A stretch of DNA of 64,000 nt, taken from Dimorphilus gyrociliatus. Lineage: Eukaryota > Animalia > Annelida. Position numbers and translations under genes: made by a program. Location: NCBI GenBank assembly GCA_904063045.1, contig CAJFCJ010000016.1, forward strand, positions 310,001 to 374,000, in the 5' to 3' direction. Under the pieces are notes generated by a model. The model ran no database searches. It was not told the DNA's origin and saw only the letters and a list, made by a program, of their open reading frames with translations. Positions 1 through 13,698 of this stretch are shown piece after piece (position 1 is the first letter of the stretch; each line of letters opens with the position of its first letter).

Positions 1-475
1 ATCAGGCGTGTGGATAGCATGTTAAAAAGCATTCAATTTTGTTCAATATAATGTGAAATCACGTTTCTCAAGTTGTTCATTTATTTCATTTTCAATAGAC
101 AATATAAGTTTTATAGATGTTATGTATATAGTATATATACTGTATATGTACAGTATATCTATATACTGTATATAAATATATGTTTATTACGATATAGAGA
201 TAATCAAAACTCCACCCCCTTTTCAAGCTAATTACAAAAACGTCTTTTATAAATAAAAATAGCATAGAGCCGAGTATACGATCGAAAAGTAAGGACAAAA
301 GAAACGTCAGACTGGAAAACTGTTGCAGTTGCGTATATGGTAGATTTTTTTGCAGCTCATTGATTTCGGCTTCTCTTTGAACGGAAGCCAATTGTTCTTG
401 AATCGGTCGCTACTGTATAATATGCATTTTTCAACAGCTATACGACTTGTCTATAATTTTTTTTTTACTTCAACC

Positions 476-2105
476 ATGAACGCCGATACGCCTCGACCGT
501 CCAGCGCGAGCTCTTCCAGGTAATAATCGTTACGTATTGCATTTATTGCTTGATATTTATATGATATAAGGTATCTTATTTAATATTATAATTTGTTGTT
601 GTTTACAAGAGTTTTAGAAGAAAATAGGTAAAAATCGTTGAAACTGTTTTGAACATTTCCCTTAGGGGATAATTAATTTAATATACGTTTAAAGATATAA
701 TTATCAAGTATTTCGTTTGGCTATGTAAATAAGTATATATACGTAGTTTATAGAATAAACAATCTATATACATAAATTGAAAGAATTCACAAATTTTGTT
801 TGTTTGAACTGTTGAAATTCTTTTCCTTTCTTTTGTGGATTTTTAAGAGTTTAGACTATTTTATACATTATTTTATATTTTATTACGAGAAAGGAGAGAA
901 TCCATATAAAAAAATTTTCCATTAAATTATTCAAGTAGTGGAATAGAGGACTTGGGACTGAATTGAGTCAATTGACTATGTTACACAATGTATAGTATAA
1001 TAGCGAATATAGGTAAAAGAAGGAAAAAAAAAGCTGTAGCTTTTAGATATTCTCTATCTTAATTTATTATTTAAATAAATGATAGGACAAATCAAAAAAA
1101 TAATAATAAAATACTTGCGATATTTCTCAAAAAAGATCGGGAAGACCGGAAAGGATTAAAAGACTAGTGAACGAAATTGATTTAAGCGATGAAGATGATG
1201 AGGGGGACGCTTGGGAAGATGATAAATTTTTCGAAGAATATTTAAGGAAAAGTAATTATTTAAGGAGGAGAGGAACTCAAGAATCTAATTCTTTATCGGA
1301 TTACGAGAGTGTTGATAATTTTTCTACAACCGTTTCTTGCTGTAGTTATAGATCGATAGAAAAGTTTGTTAAAGATTTAACGTCATCCTTTTCCTTGAAA
1401 AAAGATAAAATACGTGCTATTTATAGTTGGCTAGTTCATAATTACAATAGGGTTGATTGCTGCAGAATTAGAAGAGAACTTACTCTTCTAAAAATGTGCT
1501 CATTAGTAAATATTCAATGTGAAATTGTTCATGGGTATAGGAAATCTGAAAATTTTATTCCTGGAGATAAATTAAATGAATTGTATCGCCATCAATGGAA
1601 CTTAGTGACTTTTGACGACATAAACGGCTTAATAGATGTAAAAACTGCCTTCTCGGAACCGTACGGAATAGATTATTTTTTCCTTACTAAGCCGGAAAAT
1701 CTTATAATTTCTCACCTTCCGGACAAAGTCGAACATCAACTTTTAGCGAATAAAATTAATGAAGAGAAATTTAGAAATTCCATAAGATCTTGGCCTGCAA
1801 AATTTGCTCTTTCAATCAAAACTTTGGCACCTATGGACGGAGTAGGCTTTATCCAAACAAAAACCGGTAAATTTTCTGTAAAACTAAGAGCAAGACGTCA
1901 TAGTTTGTCCAGCACCCTTGTTGTCATAGGCCTACACGGAGAGAAAAGGGTAGATGAGTACGTTGACCATAGAATATCGAATATTGAAGAGGAGGAAGTT
2001 TTCGATTTAGTACTACCAGCTAAAACTCGTTACATTTTAACAATAGTCGTTCAGGAGGAAGACGTACAACTTCCTGTGCAACAGTACACCATTGACTACC
2101 AATAA
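476..2105 (+). CDS. Kyphoscoliosis-peptidase/hillarin-like transglutaminase-fold protein; predicted exons 476-519 and 1136-2105
   Basis: The 312-codon ORF contains 'RAIYSWLVHN', 'KMCSLVNIQCEIVHGYRK', 'HQWNLV...LID', 'YFFLTKPENLIISHLP...QLL' and a C-terminal 'FDLVLP..TRYILTI' module, as in the KY/hillarin family. The ORF-track GTG start is internal. An upstream exon ATG476 MNADTPRPSSASSS ends ag|GTAATA (phase 2) and joins in frame at the AG acceptor 1134-1135. The 5' exon link is less certain than the family call. Confidence 0.75.
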
Positions 2106-3078
2106 TAAAAATTCATAATGCAGAAATCGTTCCCCCTACGCATTTTTACGACACTCTTTGTCACGTTAAAACCCAATTTGAGAGTTTTCAATATTTCAAC
2201 TTGTTTGCAGAGTCTTTTTTTTTTATAATCACAGATAAGAAGTCAAGGAAGAAAACATTCTTTAATTTCTAATAAATCTATGTTTAATTAAATAAATGAA
2301 AAATAAGAATAGCAACTCAAAATGCAATATTCTATTATCAAAATAAGAGAGTATAGATAATATCTCTTATACAGTATTAATTCATGTTTTAATAATCATT
2401 TTAAAATCGGAGAGAGCGTGACAATTAAGACAATTAAGTAACGATTGCCGTATAGCTGAGAAATTGTAAATAATTCAAGAATTTATATCTTCAGTTGTCA
2501 CGGAATTTGAATTGTAAATATTTATAGGATTTATCATTTCAGATCAATTTTGTATCTTTTGGATATTGATCATTTTTTTTATTACTTCTCATTCTTCTAT
2601 CTCTATTTTCAATCTTTCAAAAGGCATAAATTAACGCCAACACTTTTTGCATACATGTTTCATTGCGGGAGGACAGGAAGAGAGGAAGAAAGGCAGGTGG
2701 GGGTGGAGGGTTTGGGAAAGAGTAAATTGGAAATATATGTATAAATATCTCGTTGGAAAGCAACAAAAAAAGTAATTTTTAGTTGAAAAATGAATATAAT
2801 ATATTGGAAACAATAGGGAAAAAAACCATAGAGTTGGTATCAAAGAATTTAATTATAGAACAGTCTTTAAATTATTATCGATAATCAATTTTCAGCTGGA
2901 AAAACGGCAAAGATTCTAATTTTTTTCTTCCATATTTTTTTTGATATTCAGCAAAAAAAATGTTGAAATTGTAAGAATAAATAGAATATCCTATAAGAAA
3001 GAAACAAGATATAAAGTATTAATAATACTTGTAGTTTCGATATATTGGTGTCATAGGAAAAGGGGATTAATCTGCATC

Positions 3079-3081
<3 letters not shown>

Positions 3082-3109
<28 letters not shown>
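3082..3109. repeat. (CT)n microsatellite
   Basis: Pure CT run read directly from the sequence. Confidence 0.95.
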
Positions 3110-3111
<2 letters not shown>

Positions 3112-5403
3112 TAATTATTTTTTTCAATCAAGCCGTATTAGGATTTTTATAAAAAAGAATATCTTTTCAATGAGGATATTGTATATTTTTTATTCTGTCA
3201 GCTCCCTTCTCTTTGTTGCCTCTTCTCTCTCTGTCTTCGTATTTACACAATTTATTAGATATATATACAGTCTATATACACTTATGGGTCTTTAATTGGA
3301 CACTTCTAAATATAAAAATGCGATTCATATCTGTGAAATAATTATTCTTAGACTTATTAAAAATGTCATATGACAGTAATAATAGTGATATATGAATCTT
3401 TGAGGGGGGTCGGCCGAATTGGGAATTGAATAGGGAAAATAGAAAGAATTGTAAAGAGTATCAATTTCTTTTTAAATAGAGAAACAAAACATATATGCAT
3501 AATGAAGAAATTTTTATCTTAAAGTCCATCTATTATGATTTCTACCTGAATAAATAAAGATAACAGTAAATCAGTAATATTTTTTTTAAAAAAAAAAAAA
3601 AAAGAAATTATAAATATTCATTCAATTTTCAATGAATGTGGTTCCTTATTTTTTTTCATAAATACTTCTGTTTTATTATTATTATCAATGAATAATTGTA
3701 TTTCTATATTTTGATTATTTTCGAAGAGAAGTTTATCCATGCGTAAAAATAAAAACTGGTAATTATGAGGTGGTCTCATTTAAGGAGCTGGTAATTTATT
3801 GTTTATGTGAATAAATTATTGAATCCTATTCAATATTATAATGGATTATGTATGCCACTCATAATGGATAATGTATTAAAAGAAAACTATTTCAAATAAA
3901 ATGACAAGAATATATTGTATTGTTTATTCATGCTCCTTTATGTACTGTACATAAGTGCCATAATAGTTTTCTACTTTTATCCAACTAAAAGATAGATAAA
4001 TAATCTATCCATCAATGTCTTAGCCTCATTCTCTATCTATCAAAGAAAGGTTCTTTAATCATTTTCTCTGTATATATCAATCCCCAGCTGCCAATGACCC
4101 ATAAAATAGCAGCTTAATACAAATATTTTTATATTTCTCTTAATGTAAAATGGCAAGGGCAATATTAGATAAGATTGATAAGTGTCTCTATTTTTATATA
4201 ACGAATAATGGTTTATTCTTTATATTACTTGGTTTTCTATTAAATAAATTAATATTACCCGATAATTAAACAGATGTATATCATTTCTTGTCAGGTAAGA
4301 ATTAGCTGTATGTATAAATCATATTATATACCTTGAAACAGAGTGTTTTTGGATAGATTTCTAACAATTTTTAGTCTAGTTTCGCACCAATCTCGCCTCT
4401 AATCGTCCAATAAATTAATTTTAAAAATTTATTTGGGGAATAACCCAACCCTAAAATGAAATCTTCAATTTGGATGGGCGCGAATTAAAAATAGACTATC
4501 ATTGTAGTGTTCTGCCTTTGTTCTTTTGTTTCGAGGAAACTTATCCTCTAACGCAATATTGCTTCTCTTTAAAGTATCTCTTGGGGAAATTTTTCTATCT
4601 TGTTTGAGGTCATGCTAATAATAGGTCCCACCACCAGAGCTATCTACAATAGATTTCTTTTATTTCTTTTCGATAGAAATCGTCTCCTAATTCTTCTCTA
4701 TGTCATGAGAGGAATGGACAAGTGTAACAATTTTCCATATTTTTATATCTTTTTTAAGTATTTTTCAAACTGCTATTCATTCTCTTTTTAACTAGAATAT
4801 ACTAATTCTTTTTGATTTAATAACTGTTTAGCTTCCAGCCAAATTCTCCCGTTCGTCATCATAGAGAACCATAAGTATACCATAGCTATTGAATTTGTTC
4901 AATTATCTTAAGATAATAGCACTCTGTTTATTAGTCTTAAAACAGGTAGAGTAGGAGTCACTTTCATTAAATAGATCCTTTTTTCCCTCATATAGTTTTC
5001 AATGAAATAATAGTGTTTCTAGATAAAAGACAAGATAGCGTGGGAGTATATTTTTAAGTGAGAAAATGGTTTAAATTTGATATCTTACGAAACTGCAATG
5101 ATATATAAGATACTCCTCTTCCTTGTATTAGATTTATAGGTTGTAATAAAAATCAATAGTTTAGTAATCTTCCCACTTAAATAAAACTTCTTCCTTACTA
5201 TATATACAGTATATACAGTTTAAAGTATACAGTAGAACCTGTCTCTTTTTTTCTTTCACTCGCTCACTCGCTGCGAATAATTACAGCTTTAGATGATTAG
5301 CTCCTTCAACTGTAACCTAATCAATTTCTAACAACAATTTCAACTAGTGTTATTGCAATAGTAATATCTTAAAAATATTAATGTAGATGATGTTAATCAT
5401 AGA

Positions 5404-5416
5404 CAATAGATGGCGT
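5404..5416 (+). promoter_or_regulatory. CTCF-like motif CAATAGATGGCGT (copy 1)
   Basis: The exact 13-mer recurs at 24565-24577 (-) and 53276-53288 (+). Its core TAGATGGCG resembles the known CTCF consensus; binding is inferred. Confidence 0.5.
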
Positions 5417-8400
5417 ATATAACAATTTGTAAAGGTGAGCCATAAGCAATAATGAAAGAAATTGTATAAAAAGAAACAATTTGTTTTTATTATTTTGTAA
5501 TAAACTCAAGAGGGATTAGGGTTATTTTCCCTGACACATTAGTCTATTACTAGGTCAATATAGATCAACAATACTATATTCATAATAATAATGTTACTCT
5601 GCTGCTGGATGATACGTTAGGTTGTAATCTATATCCTATTCAGATTAAAGAGTCGTTGATAAATTGAAGATTTCGAATAGAGATAAGTAATGGTTCAACG
5701 AACGGTACTAATAAGTTATTTATTATAAATTAGGACCTTTAACAAAGTTATATTGTATCTAATGTTCCCTTGATAAATATAAGATCTGAGCTGAATATTT
5801 TTCTATTTAAAGGTTAAAACTTTTGTGTACCAGTTTCTTTCTTTCTTCTCTATATTCTATTTTCTTAATTCCCTTTATAATCTATCCAGACATTATTTCC
5901 TATGCTTTATTTCATTATGGAGAGTTAGTATAATTTAGGAATCTCTCTTAATACATTTATAGAAAAGTGAACAAAATGAAATAAATTAGATAGTTTGGTA
6001 AAGAAAATTCATTTAAAAAAAGAGGAAGTTCCATTTTATTGATATTGAATAAATCACTTTTTCCTATGTAGGAAGTTAATTTCGATTTTAATACTTTTCT
6101 TTATGTCTTCAAAAAGAAAAGAATCGCCGAATAGACTTTTCCTTAAAGTTGATAAAATATTACAAAAAAAATGACACCTTTCTATTATATTTACCGTTAA
6201 TCGATAGATCTTTAGTAGATATATAGAGAGGCCAGAGGATAAAAGAGGAAGTAAAGTTGGTAGGAGAGATAGACTGGAATGTTTTAAGGATAAAAATATT
6301 GCTGGGAAAAAAACATGGGGGAAATCGATTTCCAGTAGGAAAAGAATCTCTCTTTCGCATCATGATACCAGATCGTATTAGCAGGGTTCTTGGATTTAGT
6401 AAAGAAAGACTAACTAATATTTTAAAAGTTTCTTTTTACCATAATATTCACTAACAAGGCTGTTGCCTGATCTGAAATGCTTTCTCTTGAGACAATTCTT
6501 AGTTAAAATTCTCGAAATGGTGATAATCACTCATGGATAGAGTTAAATTTTGTGAGGATTTGATAGTTTTTCCAACCTGACTCAGCGTAAAATACTTTTA
6601 GCAGGCGAATAATTATTTTTACCTTCTGCAAGAAGCTTCAAACAATATATTGTAAAAGATACAGCTAGATCTTATACAATCAATATATAACAGTTTTTGA
6701 ATTGAATAATAAGCAATAAGTGAAAAGGTGAAGCGTATTTTTTCTAGTGCTTTGTAAGCGGTCAATCACGAAATTGCAGCCTCCTTGAAACCGTCTAAGT
6801 CTTAGTTGTACAATACAATGAAACTTAGTGGGAACAATTGAAGATACCATCGAAATAGAATCCTCTTTCCCTCTGTAAAGATAATTAGAGCATCTTATAA
6901 AATATATGCATGATATCTATCTTTTCAATAGAGATATTCTCTCAAGTCTAAAAATAGAATTAGTGATTTTTTTCTAAATTAAAAAACTGCAATATAAAAA
7001 ACAAAGGATTAATTATTTACTCTAAATGTTAATATATACGGAAATATACACACATATATATATACTAATATATATATATATATGTATGTCTTGATGAATA
7101 ATTCATGAACATGTCAATTAACAATCCTTTTAAAAAATTTACTTAATTCAGATAAAAATTTAACAGCTGGGAATCAGTTTGAAAGTATTAAAAATAGATC
7201 TGTTCAGTTATTTGTTTGTATTTAGCCTTCGTGAATAGATTCAACGATAGATGTAGATGTCAGTTTTAACAATAGCATAGATACAGTGTATATGTATATA
7301 TATATATAAAACGCGAGTAATGACTTTGATATTTCCTATCTCATTATTCTTAATATTTAATTTAATATGAAATAGTAAGCCCAGATCTTGTCTATTCTAA
7401 GGAATTTAATAAATATGACTTCTAATTGTTGTAATTGAAGTTTTTCAGATAGACTAATTCTACTCATCCTCTCATATTAGTGATTATTAACAGTCAGTAA
7501 TTATGGAGATGGAATTTAAAATAGAAGAAAAATATTTTCTAGACATTGTCCTTGAAAAAGATAGAGGTAAACAACGACTAAGGTCGCTAAGAAGTTCCTT
7601 GGATATAAATCGAAAATTTGTATTGCTAAATCTCTGTTTCTGTGAAACAGGGATGTTACAAGGTAGATTAAATTCATATTTTTCGGTCGATTACGTCATA
7701 TATTAGTTTTTTCTACTTTCGTCGAGAACTGGCTGTCTGTAATATATCTATATACAATATATATGTAAATATATTTGTGTGTATCCTAGTAAGCTTGTGC
7801 GAATTTTCTACATATTATTTAGAACAATTACACATCAAAGACATAAAAAAGAAGTAAATCTATAGGGAATACTGTCTGTCTGTCTCTTATTCTTTTGACC
7901 TATGAAAATAAACAATGTTATATTCCTTATAAAATTTAGGAACAGAACGGAAATTAGCCATAATCTGTAAATATAACCATAAAAATTGAATCATCTGGTG
8001 TCCGAAGAAACGAAAATACAAATGCTTCTTGAATGTCAATTGAAAATTTGAGAAAAATAAACATTTAGGAAAGTGCTAAATGATTTATGATGAATATAAG
8101 ATATACGTACAGTTGGACAGATATACCATATATATAATCACTAAAACAGCAAATGTTAACATATTACGTACACGCATACTTTCGCGATAGCGATTCTTAT
8201 TCTCCTCTTTGTTGTAAATAAACATACAAAATTACCTCTAATTAACTAGTAGATGATTAAGTGAGCTTCAATACAAGAAAGGTGGTCATTAATTTCATTA
8301 CTTTTATTATATACCCATTTCCCTTCAATTTTATTCCCAACTTTATTACTTCCTATTCGTCTAAGAAAGTACTGAGATATAAATTAGCAAACTATTCATG

Positions 8401-11400
8401 CAAATTATAAACTATTAACTTTTTCTTCTTTCTTCTTACAGTATGCTGAGCTCGACTGTAAATGATCTGCTCTTTATCTCTCTCTTTCTCTCTTTCTGCC
8501 TTTTTAAGTGCATATACAGTATATACATGTATATATGTATATAAATAGAGATAAAGCATATAATGTAACTAATATGTCTAATCATTTATCATGTACACAT
8601 TTCACTAACTATTACTATTCTAAAATTCTATATGGATTTATAAATTAGATAATCTTTTTTAACCTTATTACCCTTTTAGATTTTTATTTTTAATCTCTTT
8701 AAAAAAAAAGGCCATTTGCTGCTCTGAGTGTCAAACATTTTAACAGGCTTACTCTTCACTTGCAGTCCTGCTTAGTTCTTTTAAGAATTATATTAAAATG
8801 GATAATGGGAGGATAGATTTTAAATTGAAAAAAAGGCGCCTTTTTTTTCTCGCTCTCTTTCCATTCTTAACAAAAAAAAATGAGACATTTCAGTATAGCG
8901 TGTTTCCTCTTGCCCCTTCTAGTAGTTGTTTACTTTCGTTACAGTTATAATCATTTTTTGTCTAACTTTTATAAGACAAAAAGAGATTAGAGAGAAAAGA
9001 GAGAAAGAAAGTGTGCTACTGTGGGTGTGCGTGCGTGCTTGGGTACGTGCGTGTGTCTGTGTCCACAAGAACGAGAATACTCAAGAGAAATTAAGAATCT
9101 ATAAATCTTTTTTTCTGACAACTTTACCATCCTAAATATAGCCAGAGTTCGTTACTCTTCTATAATTAACAAAAGAGATTCATTTAATTTCGAATTACTC
9201 ACACCTACTCTTTTAATATACGCAGTTATACATAGTATAAGCTGCGTATATTGAACTTTCTATATGCAAATTAATCAATATGCATTACTTCTATATAATT
9301 AATAGCATAAGGTGAAATTTTATGTGGGCGACAAGCATGCATGAGTATTTCCTGAATAGGAAAGAGGAGGATATATCATGATAAAGAAATATATTAGGCA
9401 GGAAGGGAGTAGCGTAAGTAGAAGCAAAAAAGAAAAGAAATTATTCGTGAGCTTGACTCTCCTTTAGAAACTTTTCCAAAGGGTTATTGATAAAGAGATC
9501 TACACTTATTGTTCATTAGTGTAGAATTCTGATGGGAGGAAACGACTTAAACAATACGTTAGAACAGTACTTGAGTCAAAGTAGTACAAATGATAACTTG
9601 AAATAGAGACTTACATTTAGTATTATGGCAATATTATCAGATATTTTATGGTATATGCTTTATAAAATACGCTAAAGGAGAGAGCAAGTGACCTAAAGAG
9701 ATCATAAAATTTATAAAATACGAGTTATTAACCTAATTTAAAAAGTATTTAGTATAATTTACACTAAATGAAAAGGTAAATAATACACGAAATGGTAATA
9801 TTAATTGAACTATAATTTTCTTTTATTCTTAGAAAAACAATTGCAAATGAAAGATGACGAGATCAAGTCAGTTGTTTTCTATAATCAATATGTAGAGATT
9901 CTATTAATCAATATAAACGATTTACTAGTCCTATTGTTATTTAAAAGAGAATTTCTTTTTCTATTAAAGTCCTGAAAGGAAAAAAAATGAAAAGCTAATT
10001 TTAACTTTGTTACCCGGATGCAAATGTGGAAACAGGAAACAAATGCATCTACTCTTTTTTCTATGTTTCCCACTTTTCCCTAGATTTTCTACCTTATTAA
10101 TTACAATCTGTTCTATTCTTTTGATCAAACTTCTTCAAAACTAAAATATCGTTAAATTGATTTTTCTTCCTTTCAGCCATTTATTTATTTCAGCCCTTAG
10201 TTAAGAGCAAAATTCTTTGTACATAAAAAAACATCTATTAACATGCTTCCTTCTATATTAAAAATATTTTTATACTTTCATTATATTTAAATTTTGATTA
10301 CGTAATAAAGAATATTTTTTATCCTAGTTTTCGTGATAAACGGAATCGTATGTTAGTAATTTAAGATAGCAAACAATATATTAGATTACTTTTTTAATAG
10401 TAATATCTACCTGTTAATTATTTATTATCTGTTTAAAAGGATGAAACAAAATTCGGTTAAAAAAAGACATTATAAACATATATAGTATATTAATGTCTAA
10501 AATTGTAAATTAATCCAAGTTGGAAGCAGTGATTTGTAATTTTATTCGTAATATTAGTAACGACAATTATGAAATATAATTAGAGCATAAATTATGCTAT
10601 TCTTTAGTATAAATAGTCTGAAAATATAAAATTTCTTCTTTTAACCAGGTAAACTCATCAAAAGAAGTAAATGTATATATTTAGCTCAATAGAGAAATAA
10701 GGACCAATCTTTAAATAGATGTATTACCTCTAATGATATATGTTTTTTTTTTTACGTTATTTACTATTTATTAATTATTGTGTGTATTATATATAACAAA
10801 ATAAGAAAGAAACAAATGGTCTGATTGTTACTATGCCACCTGTACTCCTTCTATACCTTATATAATATTTATTCAATTAGCTAGCTGTATTACTTTCAAT
10901 TGTTGCTCTTTTCAATCGCATAGGTAATTGTTTATATATATATATACAGATTTGATTGAAGATATTTAATTAGACAATGGTATTGTTTCACTACTGTTAA
11001 CCTTCCACGAATGTTTCTCAGCTATTTTCTTTAGAAATACACTTGAACTTGTAATTGTACAATTTCTTGTAGAATATAAAGAGGTTGTTAATAGGAGAAT
11101 TGCCAGAAGTCTCACACTGTCATTCGTTTCTTCAATACAAACTTACAAATACTTTGACGCTTCTCAAGAGACGCTCGTCAAATATCTTTTCCACGCCTTT
11201 TCTCCTTTTATTTTAGTATTTGTTGGGTATTATCCTCTCCTTTTTCTAGCACACTATGTCGTCGCTTTTCCACTTGTTTACGTAAAGGGGCGCCGATATA
11301 CTAACATCATTCGGTCGGATTGATTGATTAGACATAAATATACTTTAAAATTGCTATAGCGTCTCGTAAGATATACAAAATTTCTACTAGAAACTAAAGC

Positions 11401-13698
11401 GATATCAAACCACATTTATCCTATCTTTAATAATGAACAGCCTTTGCATTGTTAATTACCGGTAATAAAAGGAAAGCGTTCTCTCTCGAAGGAAGGTTGT
11501 GAAATATATTAATACAAGAATAAATTAATAGGACAGTTGGAAAACTAGGAAGCTTTATTTTATAGGAAAAATTAGAGGAAAAAAGATGAATAATATTACT
11601 AGTAATAATAACGACAGCGAAAACGACAGCGACCCTAATGGAGATATTAACAAGAAGGTTGAGAATCTTTACTGATTTATGATGAAAATAATTACCAGTT
11701 AATTCTAAGGAGAGAATAAGAGATAGTGAGAGAAATGATTTTGGAAACTTATTAAACACGTACAAGAATTAAGAAGCAAGAGATAAAATGTTTTAAAAGG
11801 GAGAAGAGCTTAGAGCGGCTTATAGACAATTAAAAAAAGTTGATTAGTCTGAGAAGTTTGCGTCTCTTTTTCCCTTTTTCGATTTCTATTTTTATCTAAA
11901 AATAGAAAGAACTAGTCTAAAATATTTTCCATTTTCTAATTATAAGAAGAAAAAGAGAAGAAAATAACATAATAATTACAGGGATAGAGATATTTCATGT
12001 CTTTTTCTTCTTATCTACTCTTTCTACTATACTCTTTTTTCAAGTTTCCTTTCCTGCCCCGTCTTATTCTTTCCGTAAATGTATACTTACTTTTTTCTCA
12101 AAAACGGAAGCACTTTCAAATATAAGACGATTGAACCGTAGAGTAAATGACATTCTAAATCGGCCTATCTACTGGATTTTTCACTTGACCTTAGACATTA
12201 AAAAACTTGAAGAATTCAAAGATGAGGAGACAAGTATAGGGAAATAATTAATTGTATTGATGTTAATTTGTAGGTTAAATGAAAGAATGAAATGAAAAGA
12301 TATACATAGATAGTAATAATAATAAAAGAGTAATGTATAGGAGGATAATAAAGTTCTTGTCATTTGCAAAGTTAATTGAAAAACAGCAAGGACTAAATGC
12401 GTCACATAATGTTGTTTTCTATTTCTTTTGTTTGTTTTGTTAGAAAAACAATTAGCTTGTATACTACCAAAAACCTATACAATTTAAATTTCGAATCGTA
12501 AGGGTTTCCTTCTCCTTAATTAAAATTATTTGCCATATCATTGCTTATTAAGCTACAAAAGAGAGAAGTCGCTAATTTAACATTTCAGGGAAGTCTCTAC
12601 TACTTTCCATTCTTCTGGTTTATTTTTTTCCAGTCTCTTCCCTTCCTCTTCTATTCTCTCTTCCACTATCTTACGCATCGCTTTCGTTAGTGAAGTAGTT
12701 AATTTAAATAGAACATTTACTGACTGACTTTTTGTTATAAAACGAGAAAATTACATTAGCGAAGCGTGGAGTAAGGTTTTTCTTTTTAGCATTTTAACAA
12801 AAGGTTAAGTTAAATAATTAAAATAATGTTGAGTTTACTCTTATTATTCATTTTTAACACCATCTGTTTAGCATTTGTTAAACTGCCCTAAAAATAGCAA
12901 CAAGCATTAAATATTAGTCTAATTTGAAATAAAATATAATACAAATGGTAAATAAGACAGGAAGAAGGCTAGACGATAAGCAAGGAATATGATCTATATA
13001 GCGAGAGAGCTGAACAAAGCTCATTATCAAAATTTCCCTTCAGTTTACAGTTCACTGAAGGAAAAACAATTATAATTATTTATAAAGTAACTGACGGTAC
13101 AGTTTAAATAAAGGAATTGTAGTCTATTATCACATATGTGTAAGTATTGTTATTATTTAGAAAGAGAGAGAGAGAGAGAGAGAGAGCAAGACAGTGGAAA
13201 AGAAAGAATGAAAGAAAGTGATGATATTTCTTTATATGCACTCTAAAGGAGAATATGAATACAAAAAAGGAAAACAAAGTCAACCACTTTTAATTTATCA
13301 TCTCATTCTCAAAAGTGTGACTTTTTACTGCTAAAATTTATTTGTCTACCTGTAAGACTTTGCTAATTGGAGTAAGAAAATAAAGAAATATACATATATA
13401 TACAGGTATATGCTATTTTTGCAGATTCTATTCATGATGATAAAATAAATTTGTTTGTTTTTTTTATTTCGAAAATAAACAGGAAAAAAAAAAGGAAAAA
13501 CCAAGAAAAGAAAAGTGTACTTTGTTCACATTTAAGAATTCGTTTTTGTTTGTTTTTGTTTGTTTTTTATTATTGAATGATTTTTAGTAAAATAAATGGG
13601 TTTTTTTTTTTAGTTTTTATCCCTTTTTCTTTTCTGGTTTATTGTTGATACAGTCTGTTACAAAAAAAACAAAAAATACACTGAATATCTTTCTTTTA

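Noticed and set aside
92-412. Minus-strand 99-aa ORF (LASVQREAEINELQKNLPY...)
   Set aside because: It has a TTG start only and a stop 7 codons upstream. Its C-terminal third is TA-repeat-derived, and I could not build consistent splice junctions or recognise a family. It might belong to a gene outside the window but is unsupported here.
11427-11765. 112-aa hydrophobic minus-strand ORF
   Set aside because: It has low-complexity Leu/Ile/Ser composition typical of antisense reading of purine-rich DNA, with no motifs or splice context.
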